Assembly (NCBI GenBank): GCA_963664705.1
Contig: OY761556.1
Coordinates: forward strand, 2,112,001 to 2,176,000
Length of the DNA: 64,000 bases
Reading direction: 5' to 3'
DNA from: Acidobacteriota bacterium
GTDB taxonomy: Bacteria; Acidobacteriota; UBA6911
In this document: piece by piece, positions 31,035-39,299 of the stretch
How the letters are laid out: each line of letters begins with the position of its first letter
How positions within the stretch are numbered: the first letter of the stretch is position 1
Made by a program: the position numbers and the translations under genes
The notes under the pieces: generated by a model
What the model was told of the DNA's origin: nothing
Seen by the model: the letters and a program-made list of their open reading frames with translations, nothing else
The model's database searches: none

Positions 31035-32530
31035 AAAAACCTGGACACCCATGATTTGTTCGTCAAAAACCTGGACACCCACGATTTGTTCGTCTGACCG
31101 AATGAGGAGTTTCGGAAAGGTCTTGGCGGAAATTCCCGACCGATGATTCATGTTGCTGAGGAATACGGGAAGAAAGCTTGTAATGGGCTTAGCTGTTACT
31201 ACTTGAGGCGAGTAAACAAGCCTGTTGCGAGGAGAGATGCGAAGTCTGGAGGGGCGCGTAGTTTAGGTTCGGAATAGATCCTTTTGATCCGGAATGCAAT
31301 TGGCCTTGAGGCTATGTAAAAGCAGACCGAGCGGCCGACAAGCCCTTTATCCAATGCCGGTTGAGCCGTCCCGCGAATTCACGCATGTGCGTCAGGCTGC
31401 CGGCGGCCACCTGGAATGCGGAACCAAAATGCGACACTGTTTCAATCCATTCCTTGGGAATAACTCCAATGCGATTCAGGATCGGGGCAAGACGGCTATC
31501 AATGAACCCGCGCTTGTCAGAGCGAATCATGCGTCCCGATCGGTCGACCAAATCAAAATACTCGGCTGTGGATGTGTCGAGGATACCACGCCGGCTCGGG
31601 GTTGATTGAATTGGGGCCAACCAACAGTCTGCAGAATCCCGAAGAGAAGAGCTCGAAGCAGTTCCGGGTGTTGAGGGAGCATTAATCGTGTCATCAGTTT
31701 GACAAGGAGAACAATCGAAAGCCGGGCCCGAATCACTGGGTTGAGGGGCTGGTTGCTGGGACAAGGATTGGCGATGCCAGGCGCGGATACGCTCCTGAAT
31801 GCTGGTGAAGTCGCTGTCTTCGGGAGTGGAGGCAGCGCCGGCCCGAACCATATTCAGATCCACATAGACCAAGCAAGCTGTAATAGCAGAAGCATCCAGA
31901 AGCACCAGGCATTTAAAGCGAGATTCCCAGAAGCGGCCCTTGACCTTATCTTCCTTGTTAGCCTTGCGAGCGATGAATTCACTGAGTTTGGCCACGAACC
32001 AGCTCAGGCTGCCCAGCCGCTTGCGCAGAACAGTAATGTGTTCCGGACAATCTGCTAATGCCTGGATCTGTTCGACCCTAGGAGGCAGAGGTTTTTTGCT
32101 GGTGCGCGGTTTTCGGGGGCAGAGTTCTAGCCATCGGGCGGCGACGTCGAGATCGGACCAGGACTCAAGAATGTCGGGTCGGGTTCGCAAGATGGAATGC
32201 ACGTGGTTTTCCATGATGGCATAACCGCACACGTCAATGGCGAAGATGCCGGCAAGTTGTTTCAAACGATCGAGAATCCATTTTTTACGATGGGAGAAGT
32301 CCCGGCCGCTAAGAGGGTCATACCCGCAAAGAAAAGATCTGCGGACACATCGACTGATGCAATGATAAACGCCTTCCTCCCCTTCGATGACATAGATGTT
32401 TCTTGCCAATCCCATGGTTTGCCTCCTTGCATAGTAACTAATGGCGAACCTTGGGAATTGAGCGAAGAAAAATTGGAGGCAATCGAACAAAACAGTGGGT
32501 GTCCAGGTTTCCCAGGTTTCCCAGGTTTTT
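31035..32530. mobile_element. RAYT/IS200-like HUH element with inverted GGACACCCA ends
   Basis: Left end AAAAACCTGGACACCCAY in a 30-bp tandem pair (31035-31094); right end CAGTGGGTGTCCAGGTTT followed by a CCAGGTTT(C/T) stutter (32493-32530); encloses a Y1 transposase gene. Confidence 0.8.
31312..32415 (-). CDS. Y1/HUH tyrosine transposase (RAYT-like)
   Basis: YHCISRCVRRSFLCG, HUH motif in YAIMENHVHSIL, FWESRF, catalytic Tyr in YVDLNMVRAG; ATG 32415 preceded by GGAGG. Confidence 0.9.
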   Translation of the reverse strand: MGLARNIYVIEGEEGVYHCISRCVRRSFLCGYDPLSGRDFSHRKKWILDRLKQLAGIFAIDVCGYAIMENHVHSILRTRPDILESWSDLDVAARWLELCPRKPRTSKKPLPPRVEQIQALADCPEHITVLRKRLGSLSWFVAKLSEFIARKANKEDKVKGRFWESRFKCLVLLDASAITACLVYVDLNMVRAGAASTPEDSDFTSIQERIRAWHRQSLSQQPAPQPSDSGPAFDCSPCQTDDTINAPSTPGTASSSSLRDSADCWLAPIQSTPSRRGILDTSTAEYFDLVDRSGRMIRSDKRGFIDSRLAPILNRIGVIPKEWIETVSHFGSAFQVAAGSLTHMREFAGRLNRHWIKGLSAARSAFT

Positions 32531-32593
32531 CTCTTATAGGTTTTATAGTTCAGTTTTTTTTAGGCAGAACACCGTGAATTGTGCACCAAAGGC

Positions 32594-32624
32594 AAAAAGG
32601 CCATACGACTAGTCGTATGGCCTT
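32594..32624 (-). terminator. Intrinsic terminator of the PEP-CTERM gene
   Basis: Perfect palindrome AAGGCCATACGACTAGTCGTATGGCCTT with a T5 tail on the minus strand. Confidence 0.75.
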
Positions 32625-32661
32625 CCTAATTTCCTAATATAATTAATCCAACCGTAAAAAC

Positions 32662-33249
32662 CTAACTTTTCATTTTCCGAACAGCACCCAGGCCAAGTAA
32701 TCCCAACGACATAAGTACTATAGTCCCAGGCTCGGGCACCGAACTTGGAGTAGAAGAACTCACCAGCCATGCACTGGCGACAGCCCCATCGATAGAAGAA
32801 TAGTGAGAATCATTGAATACATCGTGAACAGCTAATTTGCCGCCTGCGATAAAGTTGAAGTAGTTGTCGACCGAAAAATCTCCGACAACCCGTTCACCAC
32901 CGGATCCTAAGTCCGTGGTGACCCCATCAAAAAGGCTGATGAGGATATTTGTAGCTGCAGCACCCATGTCATTGTCGCTTGATAGGATATTTGCCGCAGT
33001 CAGGTTCAAGCCAGTGGCATCCGACCATGTGCTGGCGATCTGATCAGCAGTCGCAAGAACCCATGTTCTACCATCGTAGACAATGCCTGAAGAGAAGGTA
33101 AGGTAGTTTCCATGAACCAAGCCCACATCCAGATAATCAAGGCCGAGTTTGGTATCGGTTGTAAATGATCCATTGTCGATGGTTGTCGCATGCATCATTG
33201 AGCCCAAGACAAACACAAACACCAGCATCATAATTAAGCGGAGTTTCAT
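32662..33249 (-). CDS. PEP-CTERM sorting domain protein
   Basis: Signal peptide, Ser/Thr/Asp-rich body, C-terminal VPEPGTIVLMSLGLLGLGAVRKMKS. Confidence 0.92.
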   Translation of the reverse strand: MKLRLIMMLVFVFVLGSMMHATTIDNGSFTTDTKLGLDYLDVGLVHGNYLTFSSGIVYDGRTWVLATADQIASTWSDATGLNLTAANILSSDNDMGAAATNILISLFDGVTTDLGSGGERVVGDFSVDNYFNFIAGGKLAVHDVFNDSHYSSIDGAVASAWLVSSSTPSSVPEPGTIVLMSLGLLGLGAVRKMKS

Positions 33250-33297
33250 AGGGGGGTATTCTCCTTTGCTTGTTGCTTAGATTATCTGAACATTCCA

Positions 33298-33426
33298 TGC
33301 AACTTCAATACCACCTATGCTATTCATTTGTTTTCAATAGCTTATTATAATCGACACGAACAAATAGTGTAACAATTCCCGACACTTGGGTTATGTTTTT
33401 ATGCAATATTGTAAATAAATCCGACA
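33298..33426 (-). promoter_or_regulatory. Sigma-54 promoter, IHF-like site and two TGT-N11-ACA enhancer boxes
   Basis: Minus strand TGGTATTGAAGTTGCA (GG-N10-GC, 33298-33313); TTTCAATAGCTTA (33332-33344); TGTAACAATTCCCGACA (33368-33384) and TGTAAATAAATCCGACA (33410-33426). Confidence 0.7.
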
Positions 33427-33565
33427 CCGTGGGGCCCCTCAATCCTCGCACTTAAGCAAAGGATCGGAATTTGGGCCAAAATTTACAGCTGATCCGAATT
33501 TGATCTTACCAGGCGCCCCCGCAGGAGCGGCCTTGATTATTGAAGAGTTCAACCGCGGAAATCTA

Positions 33566-33736
33566 TTACTTCTTTCTCCGGAAGGAAGCAAATCCGATCA
33601 GTCCAAGACCCGTGCCCCAAAGAATCAGAGAGGTCGGTTCCGGAACCGTTGGAATGGCGGTAGCCGTGTGACCAATCGTGACGTTAATGGGAGCGCCACC
33701 ATAGTTGCCAATTTCAAAGGAAGCAAAGTTCCGCAT
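33566..33736 (-). pseudogene. Truncated 56-aa PEP-CTERM ORF without signal peptide
   Basis: Manual translation MRNFASFEIGNYGGAPINVTIGHTATAIPTVPEPTSLILWGTGLGLIGFASFRRKK*; too short for the ORF track. Confidence 0.75.
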
Positions 33737-33888
33737 GACTTTATCCTATTGAATATTAAAGATATAGACTAGCCAGTGCCAGAAATTTTAATGTAAAATT
33801 CGTTTACAGGAGTGAATTGGGGGGAATCAACCTCAGATTCAAGATCTCCAGGAAATCCTTGTCGGTTTTAGCGCCGGTATCGGAGCTA

Positions 33889-33974
33889 TGGAAGCGGCTG
33901 CGCCTTGCAGGCGGGACGCCTGCGCTCACGGTGTGCTCCCTGGTATTTGAAATCTGGAATCTGGAATTTGGAAT
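33889..33974. repeat. REP-like motif and (C/T)TGGAAT heptamers downstream of tRNA-Ala
   Basis: TGGAAGCGGCTGCGCC..GGCGGGACGCCTGCGCTC followed by TTGAAAT CTGGAAT CTGGAAT TTGGAAT. Confidence 0.6.
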
Positions 33975-33981
33975 TGTTTTT

Positions 33982-34057
<76 letters not shown>

Positions 34058-34078
34058 ATCCCTTAGTGACGGAGTCGA

Positions 34079-34107
34079 ATTATCCCTGATAGTCCCGGCG
34101 CTGTCAA
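34079..34107 (-). promoter_or_regulatory. Putative sigma-70 promoter of tRNA-Ala
   Basis: TTGACA-17 nt-GATAAT on the minus strand. Confidence 0.6.
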
Positions 34108-34139
34108 ATAGATAGAGCGAATCCCGTCAATCATCTCCA

Positions 34140-35633
34140 TCATGATGCCATTGTGGATCGGCTATTTGCCGGCGGCTCCTGAATGGTGGTGGTGAGCGAG
34201 GAAACCAGCGTCCGCTGCATCGCATGAATCGTCTGTACGAGCAATGCTCTCGCCTTGTCATCCGATTCCGTGCAGAGATGCTCTTTGAGCACGCGCAGCG
34301 ATTCCTCCGAGGCAATGCAGGCGAGCGCCCGCACCGCAGCCTGACGCAAGACCACCATCTCATGCCCAAGATAAAACTGGAGCGTGCGAATTGCCCGCTG
34401 CTTGCCCGTTTTGGCCATCGGAACCAGAGCGATCAGCGCGCTTTCCGGATGATCCGCCACAAACTCGCGGATTGGATCGTAAGCCTCTGCCGAGCCGATC
34501 TTCCCCAAGGCCTCGATGGCGCATTCGGAGTGGAATGAACTGTTCAGATCGGTGAGGATTAGCTGGGTTGCCGCCTCGAGCTTCAGTTCTCCCAAAACGC
34601 GGATCAGTCCCCACCGCACCCGATCCCCTTCCTCGGAGTAAAGTTTGACAAGGCTTTTGGCTTCCGCCGCGGTGATTTTCTCAACCATTTCCCGCACTAC
34701 CGACAGGCGTTCCCGCGTTGTCCCCGTTCTCAGTACCTGGAACCACGATTCTATCCGGTCCGATTTTGGAAGAATGATAATTGTATCTTCCATGGAAACA
34801 ACGTACCTGGAGGTTGCCGCCTCCAAACTTTCAGCGCTCTTGAGGATGGGAATATCCGAGCACTTCTCGAGTTGCATCCGCAGAGCACCGGCATGTTCGA
34901 ACCGGTTTTCCGGATCGATGGCCAGGCATTTCCGCAGCACATTCTGTAGCGACTCCGGGAATCCCGGCAGAATCTCCGATGGCCAGGGGAAATTGCCAAG
35001 CGGAGGAAAACCCATCAGCATTTCATACAGGATTGATCCCAGCGCAAACACATCCGCCCTACGATTTACGGTTTTGGTACTGCAGCGCTGTTCAGGGGCG
35101 AGATAGGCGATCGTGCCCATGATTTCGCCGGATCGCGTCAGCGTGGTTCGCTCCAGATCCAGCATCTTTGCAATTCCGAAATCCGAAACAATCGGCTCTC
35201 CCGCAGTGTTCAGGAGTATATTCGCGGGCTTTAAATCCCGATGGACCACTCCCCTGTCATGGGCATATGCCATAGCATCACAGACCGGCATGAACAGCTG
35301 AAGCGTGGTATCGAGGGCGATCTTTCCACGTTCCATTCGGCGAATCAGGCTCCCGCCCGGCATGTATTCCATCGAGTAAAAGTAGCAGTCGTCCAGGACG
35401 CCGTTATCGATCACCTTGATGATTCCCGGATGCGTCAAATCTCGAATGATGTCGACTTCGCGAATAAACCGCCCATAGGCAGAGGACCACGTCGTCGCTC
35501 TTTTGCCGAGAATTTTATAGGCTCTCTTTTCCCGGCTTCGCGGATTGATTCCAAGGTAGACCTCGGACATTCCGCCCGATCCTATTCTCTCAACGAGGTA
35601 GAAATTGCCTATTTTTCTGCGCAACATGCTCAT
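34140..35633 (-). CDS. Cytoplasmic Ser/Thr protein kinase with C-terminal HEAT repeats
   Basis: GSGGMS, AYKIL, HRDLKPAN, DFG and APE motifs; HEAT-like AIEALGKIG and AAVRALA; no TM segment. Confidence 0.92.
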   Translation of the reverse strand: MSMLRRKIGNFYLVERIGSGGMSEVYLGINPRSREKRAYKILGKRATTWSSAYGRFIREVDIIRDLTHPGIIKVIDNGVLDDCYFYSMEYMPGGSLIRRMERGKIALDTTLQLFMPVCDAMAYAHDRGVVHRDLKPANILLNTAGEPIVSDFGIAKMLDLERTTLTRSGEIMGTIAYLAPEQRCSTKTVNRRADVFALGSILYEMLMGFPPLGNFPWPSEILPGFPESLQNVLRKCLAIDPENRFEHAGALRMQLEKCSDIPILKSAESLEAATSRYVVSMEDTIIILPKSDRIESWFQVLRTGTTRERLSVVREMVEKITAAEAKSLVKLYSEEGDRVRWGLIRVLGELKLEAATQLILTDLNSSFHSECAIEALGKIGSAEAYDPIREFVADHPESALIALVPMAKTGKQRAIRTLQFYLGHEMVVLRQAAVRALACIASEESLRVLKEHLCTESDDKARALLVQTIHAMQRTLVSSLTTTIQEPPANSRSTMAS

Positions 35634-35699
35634 AGGATCCGAATTCTCAAAATCGTTTTGAGATCACCCTGCTCCAACAGCAGCTCTGCCGCTGTTCCT

Positions 35700-36674
35700 C
35701 TACTGCCGGCTCTTTTTGCAAACCTCCGTCCGGTTTCGTCCAAGAGCCTTGGCCCTGTAAACAGCCGTATCCGCGCACTCGAGCAACTCCTCGGCATTCG
35801 CTTCGTTGGTCTGCATCGAGGCAACCCCGAGACTCAACGTCACGCCGGTGGGCAATCCCAGTTCCGCGTTGACCGCTGTTTCCACTTTGATGCGAAGCTT
35901 CTCCGCCGCCTGGAACGCACCCTTCATGCCGGTTTCGGGAAGCACGATCAGAAACTCGTCTCCCCCAAACCGCCCGACTTTGTCACGCTGCCGCAGGCTG
36001 GCTTGCATCTGCGCCGCAATCGCCTGCACCACACGGTCTCCCATCAGATGTCCAAAGCGGTCATTGACGCTTTTGAAGCCGTCAATGTCGGCAATAATCA
36101 CCGAAATCCACCTTCGATATCGTTGCCCGCTGGCAATCTCATCGGAGAGAACTCTCGTGATGCTTGATTTATTTAATAGAGAGGTCAGGCTGTCCGAGGT
36201 CGCCAGCCTGAAGATCTCATCATAAAAGGTCTGCTCCGCAAGGTCCCGATGATCAAACTTCAGGATGACTCTGCCAATGATCACCTTGTCCCCCGGCTTC
36301 AATACGGCGCTCTGGATGGACGCATAGTTGACCATGGTCCCGTTCCGGCTCCCAAGATCGCGCAATACCACCCGCAGGGCCGGCTGCTCACTCCCCTTTA
36401 CGATTTTGCGACAGCTGATTTGCAGGTGCTTTCTCGATACCGAGGGATCCGGAATAACGACATCACAACCGTCGCCTCGCCCCAGCGTCAATTGCCTGTG
36501 AATCAGCGGTATTTCCTTTCCAAGCGCCGGGCCGGACAGGAATGTCAGGGTGGGAATAAATGCGGATGCATCCCCAAACAGTCCGCTCGAATCGATCGTG
36601 CTTCTGGTGTCCAGAAGAGAGCCTGTCTCGAATGGTTCGTCTTTGATTCCTTGCCGCATGGTTTTAGACATCAA
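35700..36674 (-). CDS. FHA-domain diguanylate cyclase (FHA-GGDEF)
   Basis: FHA residues LGRG, SVSRKH and DLGSRNGT; GGDEF intact (GRFGGDEF) with RQRD I-site. Confidence 0.92.
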   Translation of the reverse strand: MMSKTMRQGIKDEPFETGSLLDTRSTIDSSGLFGDASAFIPTLTFLSGPALGKEIPLIHRQLTLGRGDGCDVVIPDPSVSRKHLQISCRKIVKGSEQPALRVVLRDLGSRNGTMVNYASIQSAVLKPGDKVIIGRVILKFDHRDLAEQTFYDEIFRLATSDSLTSLLNKSSITRVLSDEIASGQRYRRWISVIIADIDGFKSVNDRFGHLMGDRVVQAIAAQMQASLRQRDKVGRFGGDEFLIVLPETGMKGAFQAAEKLRIKVETAVNAELGLPTGVTLSLGVASMQTNEANAEELLECADTAVYRAKALGRNRTEVCKKSRQ

Positions 36675-37616
36675 TCATCTCTCTCCGTTCCTGGCCAAAC
36701 CCAGATTCACAGAACGCACCCTCGTCCGATGCGGAACAAGATGTACTTCGCGCGTCCCCGTATCCCGCACAGCAGCCATGTCGTGCACGCGAGTCGTGCT
36801 GCGCCCCGGCGTAGAGACAAGGCCATAAACAATCTCATTCCGGCTTGAAACGAATTGCAGCCGCGAGATCATCTCGATCGGAACACTCCGAAACACTCCC
36901 AGAAGTTCTGCCCTGTCGGCCGGGATGTGTTTCAACGCTTCCGCTTCCTGCAAAAAACTCCATTGCTCTGTTTCGTTCAAAGACTGCAAATCAATGCTCC
37001 GCCGCCGATAGATCAGCTTCGATATCTTCTGAAATGTATGAACGGCCAACGGAGATATAAGCAGCCGGTTCCCGTCCATAATTTCCGTAGGCCTATCCCT
37101 GAATGATTCCAGCGCATGAACCATGACGGGACCCAGCGCAACCGCGGTCGATCGCGCCCCCGGCATGGTCATCAGGTGCCCCTGCCGTATCGTTGTCCGA
37201 TGCGGCGTCGGCATCGCCAGCCTTTGCACCAGGCCCAGAGGAATCATCTCAATCTGCCGGATGATCCCGGGACTGTCGCTGCCCTCTTCCCCGGGAGACG
37301 AATTGTCATCCAAATACCCGGTGGAGGTGCGATCTCCCTCAGCCATTGCTTCCGACCATCCATATTCCCGATGACCGGGCATCCGACCTATCTCAAAGTG
37401 CTCGGAAAATGGCCCAAGCCCGTCCACCACATCAGCCTGTCCCATGAAAACATCGTCTATCGAGGTGACGCGACTTTCAACACCCAAGCCCTGCTCGCGA
37501 ACCTGGCTTGCGATCGCCGGCATGCCAAGTTTGCGAAGCCACGAAAACCGCTTTGGATTTTCCGCGGGATCGGCTGCTGCAAGCCGGCTGGCTAGACTCT
37601 TTTCACGTCCCCACAT
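36675..37616 (-). CDS. Hypothetical protein, start uncertain (37616, 37523 or later)
   Basis: Long ORF whose stop abuts the GGDEF start; low-complexity N-terminus and a globular-looking C-terminal half. Confidence 0.6.
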   Translation of the reverse strand: MWGREKSLASRLAAADPAENPKRFSWLRKLGMPAIASQVREQGLGVESRVTSIDDVFMGQADVVDGLGPFSEHFEIGRMPGHREYGWSEAMAEGDRTSTGYLDDNSSPGEEGSDSPGIIRQIEMIPLGLVQRLAMPTPHRTTIRQGHLMTMPGARSTAVALGPVMVHALESFRDRPTEIMDGNRLLISPLAVHTFQKISKLIYRRRSIDLQSLNETEQWSFLQEAEALKHIPADRAELLGVFRSVPIEMISRLQFVSSRNEIVYGLVSTPGRSTTRVHDMAAVRDTGTREVHLVPHRTRVRSVNLGLARNGER

Positions 37617-38167
37617 ATGCTTGTCAAAGCGGACGTTATTCGATCCAACGGCTCCAGGATATCCATTGTTCTGGACAACTCCTGCAACCATGCGGTCATG
37701 TTGAGCTGAACGGTTTCGTCCGCTGTCGAAAAAGCCAGCCGCAGAAAAATTCCCTCGTCCTCGAGCTCGACGATAGCTTCTCGCTCGCGTATCCGGTTGA
37801 ATGAGCCCGATACGTCGCCCGGCGGTCCGCTGTACCGCTGCACCGCTATCATTTCCTTGTCGGCAACCTGCCCAAGAAATTCCTTCTCGCTATACGGAGC
37901 AATGAAATACATGGGAGAACTGCGGACTTCGCGTCCCAGACGATCACGAATGACCGTTTCGTGCAGATATTTTTCAAGAACCGAACCATAAAGGATTCGA
38001 TGCAGACGGGTCGCCGTAACCGGTTCCGTGTATTTGAATTCGAGAGGAACTCCAATCTGGTTCGTCACCAGGATGGCCCCCATATGCTTCTCATCCAGCT
38101 GGAAGTGGCGAAAGAACCCGACCTGGTTGCGAGGATTGCTTCCAATTACCCTGTCTTGAACCTGCAT
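37592..38167 (-). CDS. Conserved hypothetical protein
   Basis: ATG 38167 with upstream GGAG; GAILVTNQIGVPLEFKYTEPV...ILYG and C-terminal EPLDRI motif pattern. Confidence 0.75.
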   Translation of the reverse strand: MQVQDRVIGSNPRNQVGFFRHFQLDEKHMGAILVTNQIGVPLEFKYTEPVTATRLHRILYGSVLEKYLHETVIRDRLGREVRSSPMYFIAPYSEKEFLGQVADKEMIAVQRYSGPPGDVSGSFNRIREREAIVELEDEGIFLRLAFSTADETVQLNMTAWLQELSRTMDILEPLDRITSALTSICGDVKRV

Positions 38168-38328
38168 ACAATTAGCTCCCCTGGAATTATCGGCGGACCA
38201 GGGGTGGTTTATTAGCGCATAATACGTCGAGCGAAGATGGACAGGCGGGGAGTGCGGCAGGCTTCCTCGAGGGCCCAAAACCGGAGGCGGCTTTTCAGGG
38301 CCCTCGAAGCTAAATCATTCAGGGCCGA

Positions 38329-38877
38329 CTATTTCAGATCTTTTACCGCCTGCTTGACCAGTTTATCCTGGCCCACCAGGCTCCCTCCGTTTTCAGCCCG
38401 ATACAAAACATCCAACTGCTGTTTCGCTTTTTTCTGGAACTGGTTCGTTATCACATAGCATTTCGCAAAGGCGGCCAGCGCTTCCGGATTCTTTTTTTCA
38501 TTCTTGAACGCAACCCCCTGGTACAGATAGACCTCACCAAATTTGGGACGAGCCTTCAGCGCGCGCTCGCACAGGCCCTTCAAAAGAGGCCAGTTCTGCT
38601 GCTTCATCAGCGTCTCTAAATCCCGGAGAAACAGGCTGTCCAGATAGGTTCGAATCTGATCGCCCATATCGGGGCGGTCCTTATACATCGATAGCATTCG
38701 ATCGGTTCTCTTCTGAAGATCCGTGACCTTCACGATGGCCTGAACCCGATCATAATCTTCCTTGTATTTGATGTCCTCCAACGTGGAATCCTGGGCTCGA
38801 AGGACAGAGAATCCCAATGCAAAAATCAGAGCAGTAGATGAAAGAAATCGCACGAACAACCTGGTCTTATCAAACAT
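38329..38877 (-). CDS. Exported TPR-containing protein
   Basis: Signal peptide ending LRA-Q; TPR-like ALKARPKFGEVYLYQGVAF. Confidence 0.75.
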   Translation of the reverse strand: MFDKTRLFVRFLSSTALIFALGFSVLRAQDSTLEDIKYKEDYDRVQAIVKVTDLQKRTDRMLSMYKDRPDMGDQIRTYLDSLFLRDLETLMKQQNWPLLKGLCERALKARPKFGEVYLYQGVAFKNEKKNPEALAAFAKCYVITNQFQKKAKQQLDVLYRAENGGSLVGQDKLVKQAVKDLK

Positions 38878-38947
38878 ATCTCTACTCCCTTGTGGAATCC
38901 CTATTTACAAATAGGAACTGGAATGTTAAAAAGTATCCCTCCGTTGG

Positions 38948-39023
38948 GGGCGCCTAGCTCAGCTGGCAGAGCACTGCGATCACACCGCAGGGGTCACAGG
39001 TTCAAGTCCTGTGGCGCCCACCA
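38948..39023 (+). tRNA. tRNA-Val(CAC)
   Basis: 76 nt GGGCGCCTAGCTCAGCTGGCAGAGC...GGTTCAAGTCC...GGCGCCCACCA; anticodon arm CTGCG-ATCACAC-CGCAG. Confidence 0.95.
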
Positions 39024-39299
39024 CCAAACTTCTTTAAAATCATCAACTTAAATACATTTAAGATTTCGGTACGCTTGGGGCCAAGGTCTGTCGAAATTCG
39101 GACTCTCCAAATCCTTTTATCCCCGCGTGAGCTTCTGCTTCGTTGGCGCCTCTAGTCTGCCACAGCTTTGAGCAAAAGGCGAATAGCGTATTTTCATTTC
39201 CTCTGCTCATTTTTAAGTGATCGGAAATTGGGGAATGCGAATCTGAAATCAATGGACCTTGCTGACAACAAAGGTTTTTTGAGTTATGTTGTGAGGCCA

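Noticed and set aside
33500-33772. 90-aa plus-strand ORF
   Set aside because: It is antisense to the PEP-CTERM stub, which has the recognisable motif.
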